Assembly (NCBI GenBank): GCA_964365185.1
Contig: CAYIOP010000001.1
Coordinates: forward strand, 180,579 to 244,578
Length of the DNA: 64,000 nt
Direction of reading: 5' to 3'
DNA from: an uncultured Candidatus Saccharibacteria bacterium
Lineage (GTDB): Bacteria; Patescibacteriota; Minisyncoccia; UBA6257; 2-01-FULL-56-20
In this document: piece by piece, positions 1-9,443 of the stretch
Layout: each line of letters starts with the position of its first letter
Numbering within the stretch: position 1 is the stretch's first letter
The notes under the pieces: generated by a model
What the model was told of the DNA's origin: nothing
Database searches by the model: none
Seen by the model: the letters and a program-made list of their open reading frames with translations, nothing else
Translations under genes and position numbers: made by a program

Positions 1-40
1 CTTCTATTTTAGTGATTAAATCTTTTAATTTGTCGTCCAT
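1..40 (-). CDS. rplL: Start of ribosomal protein L7/L12 (partial; gene runs off window)
   Basis: Reverse complement of 1-40 reads ATG GAC GAC AAA TTA AAA GAT TTA ATC ACT AAA ATA GAA (MDDKLKDLITKIE). It lies 53 nt downstream of the rplJ stop, the canonical rplJ-rplL order. Confidence 0.4.
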   Translation of the reverse strand, partial: MDDKLKDLITKIE

Positions 41-93
41 TTTAATGGCAAATAGCAAATCGTTTGGCGATTCACACTTTACGATTAGCTTTT

Positions 94-618
94 CTAAGTT
101 GCGACCTTTTTGGATTTCTCTTTCATCAGGTAGAGCAGAGAACTTAGAGGGGCTTGGATCATGCCCAAAAGCTGGGCGAGTAGAACTTCTCTTGGAGGCA
201 GATTACCAATCATCACCACGTGGCCGGATTCGATGAACACTTTGTCGTTTATATGATAGCCGCCCAAAATTTTTTCCGCGGCTTTGATTTCTTCTTTTAA
301 GTCGTTGAAAAATTTTACAACCGGGCCGGCGATTTCTTCGATGTGTTTGTTTGAATAGATGGCGCCGATTGAAAGCTTATGGGCTTTAGGATTAAACTCT
401 ATCCCTTTTTCTTTAAGGAGCAAACCCATGAGACGTTTTTTGATGACCATATAGTCGGCGTCTTGCTCGCGTAAGGCTTTGCGGAGCAGTTTTAATTCAT
501 TCACTTTGATTCGACTAAAGTCGGTCAAAATCAAAGTCCGGCTCTTTTCAAGGAGCTTTTTGGCTTTTTCAAGTTCGGTTTGTTTTTGGGATTTGGATTT
601 CATTGAAATATGTACCAA
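94..618 (-). CDS. rplJ: 50S ribosomal protein L10
   Basis: 174-aa ORF with an L10-like sequence, followed by an rplL start. A long untranslated region lies upstream. Confidence 0.8.
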   Translation of the reverse strand: MVHISMKSKSQKQTELEKAKKLLEKSRTLILTDFSRIKVNELKLLRKALREQDADYMVIKKRLMGLLLKEKGIEFNPKAHKLSIGAIYSNKHIEEIAGPVVKFFNDLKEEIKAAEKILGGYHINDKVFIESGHVVMIGNLPPREVLLAQLLGMIQAPLSSLLYLMKEKSKKVAT

Positions 619-800
619 TATACGAATAATACTGATAATGGTAATCCTTCGACTCCGCTCAGGATGTTTTATTCTCCGAGAGAATAAAACAAAAAACGAC
701 CCTACCTAAGGACCGTTTACGAGGACCACTATTGGCTATTCCCTAGTGGCTAATGGCTTCTGCCATACTCCTCGGCGGGGCTTATTCCTTTTCCTTTGGA
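619..800 (-). promoter_or_regulatory. Long 5' leader of rplJ (possible L10-leader autoregulatory region)
   Basis: ~180 nt with no convincing ORF lies upstream of the rplJ start. Imperfect inverted repeats are present (e.g. TTGGCTATTCCCTAGTGGCTAATGG). Assignment rests on position only. Confidence 0.25.
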
Positions 801-975
801 TGCCCGTTGTCTTAGGATTGGTTTTAGTATAGCAGGTGGAGAGGGGGTGTCAAGAGTTATTTTTTCTTGTAAAAATTCAACAAAACTGGTAGTTTTATGC
901 ATCAGGCTAGGAGTATTTCTGACCTTGAAATGTCTTGCACTTCGACAATTGAATATGAAAGGAGATAGAAATTCC

Positions 976-1713
976 ATGAAAAATGGATTGTTAAATCTTG
1001 CTATTTGCATATCTGGAGGCGGGACAACAATGCGGGAAATCATGCGAGCGTGCAGAGACCACCGCTTGCTCCATGTCAATCCTGCTCTCGTAATTTCAAG
1101 TAGACCAGATGCCGGTGGAATTGAAAAGGCAAAAGGAGAAGGCATTCTAGAAAAAGATATTGTAGTTCTTGTTCGAAAACAGTTTGAGAACTCCGATGCT
1201 TTTAGTGAAGCTATTCTTAAAGAATGTCGATTTCGCGAAGTGGATTTAATCGCTCAATGCGGTTTTCTTCCACTTATGCCTTCAAATGTGATCGCTACAT
1301 ATCGCTCAAAAATTTTTAATCAACACCCAGGACCTCTTGATCAAAATCGTCTTGGTTTCGGCGGTAAAGGTATGTATGGACAGAGAGTTCATCATGCCGT
1401 AGTTTATTTCTCTAAACGAGTTGGTCGTCCATTCCGAACAGAGGCAACTGTCCATAGGGTGACTGATGAGGTGGATGGCGGCGCTATTCTTGGTATTCGA
1501 CCGGTTGAGATAACGGACGGAGATAACGCCCAAAAACTCGCGGCGCGAGTTTTGCCATACGAACATGGTCTTGTTATTGAGACGATATTACAATTCTCGG
1601 AGTTTGGTGGGCCTCACGAAATACACCGTGAGAGTCCGCTTATTAAGGAGGGCGAAGAGTCCTTGCTAAATGAAGCAAAAAAATCTGGAATCGAAACTTT
1701 TCCGAATGGATGA
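976..1713 (+). CDS. purN: Phosphoribosylglycinamide formyltransferase (PurN-like formyltransferase)
   Basis: ISGGGT N-terminus, HPGPLD (the 'HPSLLP'-type motif) and GxTVHxVxxxxDxGxIL are present. An SD AAAGGAGA lies 10 nt upstream of ATG 976. An in-frame ATG at 955 is an alternative start (ORF track 796..1713). Confidence 0.75.
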   Translation: MKNGLLNLAICISGGGTTMREIMRACRDHRLLHVNPALVISSRPDAGGIEKAKGEGILEKDIVVLVRKQFENSDAFSEAILKECRFREVDLIAQCGFLPLMPSNVIATYRSKIFNQHPGPLDQNRLGFGGKGMYGQRVHHAVVYFSKRVGRPFRTEATVHRVTDEVDGGAILGIRPVEITDGDNAQKLAARVLPYEHGLVIETILQFSEFGGPHEIHRESPLIKEGEESLLNEAKKSGIETFPNG

Positions 1714-1743
1714 ATCATGAAAGCGAATCCGCGTTATTTTTTA

Positions 1744-1790
1744 AAAAAATCGGCCCCACATCCTCTATGGATGGGGGCCTTTTTGTTGTT
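1744..1790. terminator. Bidirectional intrinsic terminator between convergent purN and purL
   Basis: Hairpin GGCCCC-a-CATCC/tctat/GGATG-GGGGCC is flanked by an A-run on the 5' side and TTTTTGTTGTT on the 3' side. Confidence 0.65.
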
Positions 1791-1798
1791 GAATTTAA

Positions 1799-4700
1799 CT
1801 AATGTTCCAGGCACCACTTTTTGGCGTTTTGGAACATTCGTAACCAAGGAGAAACAGTGAGATTCTTTCTAAAATCTTCTGGCATCCATGGCCACTGCCA
1901 CAAAAGAAAGCAACGTTCGGGATGAGGCATCATTGCAAGATGGCGACCGTCTGGAGAGCAAAGAGCAGTTAATCCAAGCTGCGAACCATTAGGATTATAT
2001 GGATACTCTTCAGTGGGAACTCCTTCGGGATCGACATACATAAGGGGAGCAAGCGACTCGCGTTTAATTATTTCGACTAGCGAAGGATCTGGAAAGAATA
2101 ATCTCCCCTCGCCGTGAGCAACCCAAATCCCAAGCACTGAACCCTTCATGCCGCTGAAAAATATCGATGGGCTTTCAGTAACTTGTACTTCTGCCCAGCG
2201 AGATTCAAAGCGACACGAAAAATTACGAACGAAACGGGGCTGCTTAATCTCAGAGAGGCCTCGCCACGGTACCCAACCCAAAAGTGCCATCAGTTGACAT
2301 CCATTACAGACGCCGAGTGAAAAAGTGTCTAATCGATTATAAAATCGATCGAACATCTCTTGGAGTTCTGGATTAAACCGAATTACACCACCCCAACCCT
2401 TACCGCTGTCGAAGACATCCATAAATGAGAATCCTCCGGGAAAAACTAGACCCCGAAATTCATCTAGAGTTGATCTTTTAGAAAGAAGATCGCTCATAGT
2501 GATATCCCAGGGCTCAAAACCAGCAGTAAAAAATGCCACCGCCATTTCTCTATCGCCGTTTGTGCCTTCTTCGCGAAGAATCGCCACGCGGGGGCGAATC
2601 GACGAGAAAGAAACATTCGGCGTATCCGTTGATGGATAAAATGATAAATGGTACTTTGGATTTTTGAGTTGGTTGTGCGTTTTAACCTCGGATTCCGTTG
2701 TTGAAGTACTTGTTTGGAGAAGTTCTAGTCGAGAACTGGTTTCTTCCCACCATGATCTAAGCTGTTTGAGTGGTTTTGAGAAAAAGATTCCTTCTTGCGC
2801 TCTCCATCGCACAACGAATGACTGGACAGTCATAGTGGTTCCGAGACACTGAAATGGAACATGGTAAAGACTAAGGATAGCATTTATCACGGCTTCTTTT
2901 TCCGGCAAATATTCAAACACAAAACCAAGTTCTTCAGAGAAGAGTTCGGCAAAGACATCTGAATTTTTGCTAATGGAGATGTTGGCTCCGCAATTAGCGG
3001 CTAAACACATCTCGATTACGCTAGTGATAAGTCCACCATCGCTGCGGTCATGAAGCGCGGTAATATAATTGCCATCAATTAGTTCTTGAACTGCTCTAAA
3101 AGCACTTCCAAGAAAGGAGGGATTGTCCACATCAGGAGATTCATTTCCAACTTGACCGTATGCTTGGGCTAGACTTGAACCACCGAGACGATTCTTACCG
3201 CTACCAAGATCAATGAAACCAATTAAGCTGTCGCCGGCTCGTTTGAAATCCGGGGTCATGACTTTTGTGATATTCGGCACAGGAGCGTACCCCAAAATTA
3301 CAAGTTCGCCAGGAGATTTTACAATCGTTCCATTTACGGTTGCTGCCATAGAAAGGCTGTCTTTTCCTCCATCGGCGGCAATACCGAGCGCGATCATAAA
3401 ATCACGCAGAGCAGTGGCGGCGTCGTAGAGTAAAGCGCCTTCTCCAGATAACTTTGCTGGCCACATCCAGTTCACTCGGCAACGAACATCTTTGAGTTCA
3501 CTAATTTTGGCTGACGCTAAATTAGTAAGCATTTCGCCGACTGCCATACGAGCACCGGCTGCTGGATTTAAAAGCATTTTAATTGGTTGTTCACCAATTG
3601 CCGTTGCTGCTCCGGTTGTGCCGAAATAACCGTCGGCAGTAACTGAAACATCGGCCACTGGTATCTGCGCTGGTCCGCAGCACTGCTGACGAGCAACAAG
3701 ACCAGTAACACTTCGATCAACTTTGTGAACAAGAAATCCCTTTGAGCCAACCTGTGGAAGACGGAATACGTTGCGAAGCGCATCTTCGATTTTCAGATCT
3801 GGTGGTAATGAGAGCGAACTAAATTGTCGTGACTGTCGCTCTAACTCAAAAGTTTTTTGAGGTATCCCTGTTAGGATATCCTCAAGATTAAGGCAGACAG
3901 GAGTTGCTCCGTCTTGTGAGTCGATGACGGTGATGTGTCCGTCGCCAGTGATATCACCTACGACTTCGCAATTCACGCGTTCGCGCTCACAGATTGTTTT
4001 AAACTCTTCAAGCCGTGTTGGTTGAATGAGAAGACCATACCCTTCTTGATATTCAGCGCTCCAAATTTCAAGAACAGACAAAGTTCTGTCGCCAAGGATG
4101 ATTTTGCGAATATCAATCCTTCCACCGGCTGGTTCTAGTAATTCCGTGAGGACATTACTTGGACCTCCGGCGCCTTGATCGTGAATACTTTCAATTGGAT
4201 TTTTATCTCCCCTTTCGATGCATGCTCGGATAACACGGTTAGCTCGATTTTCCATTTCGGCATTGCCTCTTTGAACCGAATTGAAATCAAGATCTGCGGT
4301 GTTTTCGCCTTGCATCATACTTGAAGCACTGCCACCCCCAATTCCAATTCTATAAGCTGGCCCGCCGATACGGATAATAAGCATTCCTGTTTCCGGTCGA
4401 TTCTTTTCAGAATGAATCGCTTGGATGCGACCCACGCCGCCAGTGTAGAGAACTGGTTTACGGAATTCTCGCCGTTCGCCGTTTACAACTTGACCGAAGG
4501 TTCGTGTAAAACCGCCAATGAGCGGTTCGCCGAATCGGTTGCCGTAGTCGGAGATTCCATTACTCCCTTCTATAAGAATCTGGGCTGGTGACGCGTATTG
4601 CTGCGTCTCTTCGCCGCCGATATTCTCACCCGGGATTTGATAATCAGGAAAAAACAGATTACCAACACAGTAACCGGCTAATCCAGCGAATGGCAGAGCA

Positions 4701-5614
4701 CCACGACCTGGAGCAGAATTATCTCTAATTCTTCCTCCAGAACCAGTTTCTGCGCCAGGATAAGGAGCAACTAATGTTGGATGATTGTGCGTTTCAGCTG
4801 TACAGGCGATGTGCCAAAATCCTTTCTGTTGAATAAGTCGGGCGGGATAACCGGGACTTTCCGCTATAAAAGCGGTGATGTTATGTCCACGAATTACTCC
4901 GGCGTTATCGCGAAAGGCAAGTACGCTGTTTGAATCGTTAAGAACTTTAAGAGGTGTTCTAACAATATCAAAAAGCGAGTGCGGCATTTCTGACCCATCG
5001 ATGACAAGTTTGCCTTTGAAAAACCAGTGTCGACTATGTTCGCTGTTGGCATTGCCAATTTGGAAAATCTCAACGTCAGTGGGATTTTTCTTTCGACGAA
5101 GAAAAATGCGGGTGTAGTGATCAATATCCCAGCTATCCATTCCTAAACCAAGATCAATGTTGAGATCTCGAAGCGCATCTGCGCCACGCTCGAGTATTGG
5201 AATGACTCGCATTGATTTAGGTGTAATGGTTTGAGTAAATGTTGAAATTGACTCTAAATAAACAACTTGAGTCATTCGATCTAAGTGAGAAGCAATAATA
5301 ATTTCTTCAGTTATCAAATTTGATAACTGATAGCGCAGCGACCGTTCAATTCTTGTGACCTTGGTAAGTCCCATAGATTGACAGATCGCAACAGCATTAG
5401 ATGAAAAAGGAGTTTCAACACTTAGTCGTGGTCCAATCTCCAGAATGCGGCCTTTCTCAAAGAATGGCTTGAACCTAGTTTTTTCTGGCTCAAATGTTTC
5501 GGCTATCAGCCATCTGATGCGTTCTGTTTCTTGTTCGGTGAGTGGCGCCGAGGTTTCGATATAGAGACATTGCTCGATTGCGCTATCCACCTCTCGGTAG
5601 ATTTTTATAAGCAT
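1799..5614 (-). CDS. purL: Phosphoribosylformylglycinamidine synthase, large single-chain form (FGAM synthetase with a C-terminal glutamine amidotransferase)
   Basis: 1271 aa. The AIR-synthase-related repeat domains and a C-terminal GATase with GVCNGCQ are present. An SD AAGGAAGG lies 6 nt upstream of the ATG. Confidence 0.9.
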   Translation of the reverse strand: MLIKIYREVDSAIEQCLYIETSAPLTEQETERIRWLIAETFEPEKTRFKPFFEKGRILEIGPRLSVETPFSSNAVAICQSMGLTKVTRIERSLRYQLSNLITEEIIIASHLDRMTQVVYLESISTFTQTITPKSMRVIPILERGADALRDLNIDLGLGMDSWDIDHYTRIFLRRKKNPTDVEIFQIGNANSEHSRHWFFKGKLVIDGSEMPHSLFDIVRTPLKVLNDSNSVLAFRDNAGVIRGHNITAFIAESPGYPARLIQQKGFWHIACTAETHNHPTLVAPYPGAETGSGGRIRDNSAPGRGALPFAGLAGYCVGNLFFPDYQIPGENIGGEETQQYASPAQILIEGSNGISDYGNRFGEPLIGGFTRTFGQVVNGERREFRKPVLYTGGVGRIQAIHSEKNRPETGMLIIRIGGPAYRIGIGGGSASSMMQGENTADLDFNSVQRGNAEMENRANRVIRACIERGDKNPIESIHDQGAGGPSNVLTELLEPAGGRIDIRKIILGDRTLSVLEIWSAEYQEGYGLLIQPTRLEEFKTICERERVNCEVVGDITGDGHITVIDSQDGATPVCLNLEDILTGIPQKTFELERQSRQFSSLSLPPDLKIEDALRNVFRLPQVGSKGFLVHKVDRSVTGLVARQQCCGPAQIPVADVSVTADGYFGTTGAATAIGEQPIKMLLNPAAGARMAVGEMLTNLASAKISELKDVRCRVNWMWPAKLSGEGALLYDAATALRDFMIALGIAADGGKDSLSMAATVNGTIVKSPGELVILGYAPVPNITKVMTPDFKRAGDSLIGFIDLGSGKNRLGGSSLAQAYGQVGNESPDVDNPSFLGSAFRAVQELIDGNYITALHDRSDGGLITSVIEMCLAANCGANISISKNSDVFAELFSEELGFVFEYLPEKEAVINAILSLYHVPFQCLGTTMTVQSFVVRWRAQEGIFFSKPLKQLRSWWEETSSRLELLQTSTSTTESEVKTHNQLKNPKYHLSFYPSTDTPNVSFSSIRPRVAILREEGTNGDREMAVAFFTAGFEPWDITMSDLLSKRSTLDEFRGLVFPGGFSFMDVFDSGKGWGGVIRFNPELQEMFDRFYNRLDTFSLGVCNGCQLMALLGWVPWRGLSEIKQPRFVRNFSCRFESRWAEVQVTESPSIFFSGMKGSVLGIWVAHGEGRLFFPDPSLVEIIKRESLAPLMYVDPEGVPTEEYPYNPNGSQLGLTALCSPDGRHLAMMPHPERCFLLWQWPWMPEDFRKNLTVSPWLRMFQNAKKWCLEH

Positions 5615-5796
5615 AACGGCCTTCCTTTCGTCCGTTTATTTATTGTTTTCAAGTTACATAATAACAAAGAGCTAAAGTTCTAGGTGCATCCTATCAATAA
5701 AGGCAGAAGATGTAAAATTAGGGTTCTTGAAGAAAGATTCTTTTTTGATTCGATATAAAAAAACAGAGTGGCACTAATTTTTAGCGCTCACTCTGC

Positions 5797-6321
5797 TTAT
5801 GGGTTGGATAATACGAGAAAGATGGACAGGCATATGGCCGCGTAGACGCCAGCAATGAAATCGTCCAGCAAAACTCCGTGGGCGTTTTTCATTCTATCAA
5901 AGAAACGTGTTGGGGGAATTTTGATAATATCAAAGAAGCGAAACAGAACGAAGATGAGCGGTATAACTTTCCAGTTATAATCTACCTTAAAGATGATTAG
6001 TGGAAGACAGGATACTAGCATGCCCAACACTTCGTCGATGACAATTTGGTTTTGATCTTTTGTTTTGGCTTGACCTCGCCAATCAATTCTTGTCCCTAGT
6101 TCTTTCTCTGTTATTGGTATACTCCAAAGCCCTATAAGGTAGATCAAAATCAGAATGACAAAAAAATAGAGGATGCTGCTGTGGGAGAAAAATAACGCAA
6201 GAAGACAAAACGGAATGCTGAAAAAACTTCCGTAGGTTCCTGCCATGCTTTGTAGTCCAATAGGCCGTATTAAACCAGAGTAAAACCAGGTCGCGATTAA
6301 AACTGCTGTTCTATTTTTCAA
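5797..6321 (-). CDS. pgpA: Phosphatidylglycerophosphatase A
   Basis: PgpA-family motifs match: ATWFYSGLIRP..AGTYGSFFSIPF, IVIDEVLGML, FRFFDIIKIPPTRFFD and HGVLLDDFIAGV. Confidence 0.75.
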   Translation of the reverse strand: MKNRTAVLIATWFYSGLIRPIGLQSMAGTYGSFFSIPFCLLALFFSHSSILYFFVILILIYLIGLWSIPITEKELGTRIDWRGQAKTKDQNQIVIDEVLGMLVSCLPLIIFKVDYNWKVIPLIFVLFRFFDIIKIPPTRFFDRMKNAHGVLLDDFIAGVYAAICLSIFLVLSNP

Positions 6322-6393
6322 AGAGCACCTCCAAAGTTATTAAGAACTGCTAGTAAGGTATCTTAGGAAATTTGAAATGTCAAAGAAGAGGGT

Positions 6394-6469
6394 TGGGCGG
6401 GTCCGGCAGGAGTCGAACCTGCAGTTCTGGTTTTGGAGACCAGTGGTTTGCCATTAACCGACGGACCCG
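6394..6469 (-). tRNA. tRNA-Trp (anticodon CCA)
   Basis: Hand-folded cloverleaf with acceptor CGGGTCC/GGACCCG, anticodon loop CU-CCA-AA, T-loop GGTTCGACTCC and an encoded CCA. Confidence 0.85.
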
Positions 6470-6514
6470 TTTTGGAGACCCGCCATAGGCGGGCAGGCCT
6501 CGCTAATTATCACT

Positions 6515-6546
6515 TTCCTCCGGAGGAGGATCCGCCTTTGGCGGAA
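6515..6546 (+). repeat. Dispersed triple-palindrome repeat, copy A (TCCTCCGGAGGAGGATCCGCCTTTGGCGGAA)
   Basis: One of 5 near-identical copies in this window (see findings). Confidence 0.7.
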
Positions 6547-6609
6547 ACTAAGCTCCCCTATCCATGCGCATGTAACATGTATCACGCAACATGTAACAAG
6601 AGAATTTTA

Positions 6610-6651
6610 CTATTTTCTGCTCTCCTTATGTAGGGTGTGTTTTCTACACCC
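6610..6651 (-). other. Degenerate tandem duplicate of the rpmG 3' end (encodes ...[13 protein letters not shown])
   Basis: Reverse-complement translation matches the last 12 codons of rpmG, with many synonymous differences. It lies ~65 nt downstream of the real stop. Confidence 0.5.
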
Positions 6652-6713
6652 CCTCGACTCATTTCATTCGCTCGGGGCAAGCAATAGTTTACCCAGAGAT
6701 TGAAGTTGTATTT

Positions 6714-6881
6714 CTACTTTTTACTTTCCTTATGTAGGGTATGCTTGCGGCACCAGCTACAATACTTTTTGAGTTCTATTTTTTTCTCAACTTTCTTTTT
6801 GTTTTTATCGGCATAAATAGCCCGTTTGCACGTGGCGCATCTTAAACGTATTAATCTTTCGGCGCGTTTGATTTTGGCCAT
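6714..6881 (-). CDS. rpmG: 50S ribosomal protein L33 (zinc-ribbon form)
   Basis: Hand translation gives [55 protein letters not shown], with CxxC...CxxC. It is missing from the ORF track (55 aa). It sits upstream of tRNA-Trp, as in many bacteria. Confidence 0.8.
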   Translation of the reverse strand: MAKIKRAERLIRLRCATCKRAIYADKNKKKVEKKIELKKYCSWCRKHTLHKESKK

Positions 6882-6979
6882 GGTAAATCATGAAACATGT
6901 AGCATGTAACATGTAGCCAATATAGTAATCCAAAAATCGAAAGGAGTCAATTTGGGGGTTAAATTCTGTGTTTCTTTAT

Positions 6980-7008
6980 TTGCCTCTGCTGTCTAAATAC
7001 TGTAAATT
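6980..7008 (+). promoter_or_regulatory. Candidate sigma70-type promoter for tRNA-Thr(GGU)
   Basis: TTGCCT-17 nt-TGnTAAATT (extended -10), ~15 nt upstream of the tRNA 5' end. Confidence 0.3.
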
Positions 7009-7023
7009 GAATATTGCCCAAAA

Positions 7024-7095
7024 GCCGTTGTAGTTCAGTGGCAGAACGTTTTCTTGGTAAGAAAAAGGTCGGGAGTTCGATTCTCCCCAACGGCT
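7024..7095 (+). tRNA. tRNA-Thr (anticodon GGU)
   Basis: GCCGTTG acceptor, D-arm AGTTCAGTGGCAGAAC, anticodon loop TT-GGT-AA, T-arm GGTTCGATTCC. CCA is not encoded. Confidence 0.8.
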
Positions 7096-7107
7096 CAAAA
7101 GTGCTTG

Positions 7108-7150
7108 CAAATAAAAACCCCGGCACCTTGGTTGGTGACGGGGGTTGGGG
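7108..7150. terminator. Hairpin between tRNA-Thr and purB (possible bidirectional terminator)
   Basis: CCCCGGCACC/ttggtt/GGTGACGGGGG with flanking A/T runs. Confidence 0.35.
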
Positions 7151-7151
7151 T

Positions 7152-8513
7152 TTAACTGTTTGAATCCGCAGGTTTGGCAGAATTCTTAAAGATATATTCG
7201 ATTCCTTCTTTGATGTAGGTAATGGGATCGAAACATTTTTTTAAGGCATCCGCGCCAAGAATATCGAGGGCAGTTGCGGATTTTGTTTCGGAAATTGATT
7301 CACTGCAAAGTGAGCGGAAGAGATCGCCGTCATTGTTCTCGCTAACTTTAAATGAAAGGCGTTGGAGATAGATGTAGGCATCGTCGTAACTTATTCCGGC
7401 ACCCATCAGGGCGTTACGAACTTTCTGACTAGCCCAGGTGCCGTGAGTGGCTCCCAGGTTTTGTTTCATCCTTTCTGGAAAAACCTCGAGATTCTGAACT
7501 AGCCACTTCATTTTGTTTGCCATGTAGTGGACTAGGCCAGTGGCAGTCGGAAACCCTTCTCTTTCAACGTTGGATTGGGAAATGTCTCGGCATTCTGGAG
7601 TAGCAATGTTTTCGAAGGCAGCACCAGTATGACCTCTTACTTCTATCGCCATACCCATCAGCCGTTCAGTTAAAATAGGATTACGTTTGTGGGCCATAGC
7701 AGAAGAGCCGCGCTGTCTTGGACTTCTGGGCTCTCTGAGTTCGCCGACATCGCTTCTCATCATTTCCCAAAAAGTTCTGGCAATTTGTTCAATACTGGCG
7801 GCAGCAATGGCTAACACGCTCATTAAAGCGGCGTGTCGATCGCGCTGAAGGATCTGGGTTTCGGCGGGAGCTTGTTTAAGTCCAAGGATTGCCAAAGCGT
7901 CATCCCCTATGCGGGGATCCATACCGGCGAAATTACCGACGGCTCCGGAGATTTTAGCTTCGCCTAACTCTTCGATCATGATCCGATCTACTCGATTTAT
8001 ACTCCTTTTAATAGATTCAGAGAAAACAAGCAGGAGATGACCGAAGGTGTCGGGTTCGGCGAACTGGCCGTGGGTGCGAGCAATCATCAAGGTCCATTGA
8101 TGTTCGACGGCTTTTTGTCGCAGAGCTTGATAGAGTTCGAATAAACTCTGACGAATTAAAGCCATAGCTTCGCGGAGCATGAGCACAAGGGCCGGATCTT
8201 CGATATCAAAGGAAGTAAGATATCTATGAAATTCTTCTTTGCAGTGACCCCATCCATTCGCCACTAGATATTCTTGAACCGAAACAACGAAGGCAATGAA
8301 GTCGTGATTATATTCGGCCTCAAGCTCATCGATCCGATCGGGATTGATGACTATGCCGGAACTGATGATATCTTGATAAATACCTCTATCAAGATTGCCG
8401 GCTTTAAAACGCGCTTCGAGATAGGCCTTTTCAACTTCAAGCCAATACTCGAATTTAGTTTTGAGATCCAGCCAGAGCTTTTTCATATCTGGCAGAGTGT
8501 AACGTTTCAGCAT
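7152..8513 (-). CDS. purB: Adenylosuccinate lyase
   Basis: 453 aa with the fumarate-lyase signature GSSAMAHKRNP. Confidence 0.9.
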   Translation of the reverse strand: MLKRYTLPDMKKLWLDLKTKFEYWLEVEKAYLEARFKAGNLDRGIYQDIISSGIVINPDRIDELEAEYNHDFIAFVVSVQEYLVANGWGHCKEEFHRYLTSFDIEDPALVLMLREAMALIRQSLFELYQALRQKAVEHQWTLMIARTHGQFAEPDTFGHLLLVFSESIKRSINRVDRIMIEELGEAKISGAVGNFAGMDPRIGDDALAILGLKQAPAETQILQRDRHAALMSVLAIAAASIEQIARTFWEMMRSDVGELREPRSPRQRGSSAMAHKRNPILTERLMGMAIEVRGHTGAAFENIATPECRDISQSNVEREGFPTATGLVHYMANKMKWLVQNLEVFPERMKQNLGATHGTWASQKVRNALMGAGISYDDAYIYLQRLSFKVSENNDGDLFRSLCSESISETKSATALDILGADALKKCFDPITYIKEGIEYIFKNSAKPADSNS

Positions 8514-8614
8514 AAAATACCTCCTGCTGAAGTTAGGGTTGCATTTCGTTTATGGTTTACAAGTTACCGAGAGATATAGTAATCCTGTGAATAATTTTTG
8601 TCCAGTTTCTAATG

Positions 8615-8686
8615 AGCCAGCGGTCGGATTTGAACCGACGACCTACTGTTTACAAAACAGTTGCTCTGCCACTGAGCTACGCTGGC
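8615..8686 (-). tRNA. tRNA-Thr (anticodon UGU)
   Basis: Reverse complement is GCCAGCGTAGCTCAGTGGCAGAGC...ACTGT-TTTGTAA-ACAGT...GGTTCAAATCC...CGCTGGC. Confidence 0.8.
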
Positions 8687-8790
8687 GATAAACGACTATA
8701 TTAATGAGATTAGCGAAAAAATGTAAATAAATCAAAAGCCCGTCTTATTACGACGAGCTTTGAAAATGTTTTCGGATGACAAGATGACAA

Positions 8791-9168
8791 TTAGTTGAAA
8801 GTAATTTCTGGGCAAATTTTTTTCCAGAATGCGACGATCGCCTTTCCTAGGAATCTGGGGATGTCGGATTTGATGATGCGGCGCATGACAAAAAATAGAA
8901 TAATCCCGAATAGGAGAATTAATAACCACTCTCCCAGGTCATTCCGAACAATATGAACTGCATTATCAGAACCGGGAATGATAATATGTTTAACCAGCCC
9001 ATAAATCAGTAGAGATACCGCAGCAAATATGAGTGCGATAAATAACCCGGTTATGACGATTTCGTGATATCTTTCACTCCAAATTTTGAAAGGCCAGCAA
9101 AATTGCTCTTGGCCAAATCGATCTACCTTCGCAAATTGAAGCGATGGCCGTCCGCCGAAAATAAGCAC
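8791..9168 (-). CDS. Hypothetical small membrane protein (two predicted TM helices)
   Basis: ORF with hydrophobic segments. An overlapping out-of-frame ORF (9074..9400) suggests a possible frameshift or a spurious call. Confidence 0.3.
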   Translation of the reverse strand: MLIFGGRPSLQFAKVDRFGQEQFCWPFKIWSERYHEIVITGLFIALIFAAVSLLIYGLVKHIIIPGSDNAVHIVRNDLGEWLLILLFGIILFFVMRRIIKSDIPRFLGKAIVAFWKKICPEITFN

Positions 9169-9403
9169 CAGCCAACCAAGGATTAGCCAGGCCAGAAATA
9201 TTCCAGGTCAAACAATGAAAAAAGCGAAGATGAATCTTGGCAGCAATCCACAGAGATGGAATTTCTGTTGGTAAAAGGGAAGGTTTGAATAACGAAAGCA
9301 AATTTTCGCAACCCACCCGTCTTTCCTGAGTGTCATAAAACCTCCGATAAATTGTTAAGTTGCTTGGGGTAAAAATAGCAGTTTTAGCTAATAAAATCAA
9401 GGG

Positions 9404-9432
9404 TTTTGAGGCGCTAAAATATAGGTTATAAT
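9404..9432 (+). promoter_or_regulatory. Candidate dnaE promoter (near-leaderless)
   Basis: TATAAT at 9427-9432 lies 12 nt before the ATG. A weak -35 (tTTGAg) is present. No SD is visible. Confidence 0.3.
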
Positions 9433-9443
9433 AGACCTATCTT

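Noticed and set aside
750-1145. 131-aa minus-strand ORF upstream of rplJ
   Set aside because: Low-complexity. It overlaps the purN 5' region and the rplJ leader and has no motif. Probably a non-coding leader.
9074-9400. 108-aa minus-strand ORF upstream of dnaE
   Set aside because: It overlaps the dnaE promoter region and the 8791..9168 ORF in another frame. Composition is unconvincing. Possibly the 5' part of a frameshifted membrane-protein gene, but not callable.
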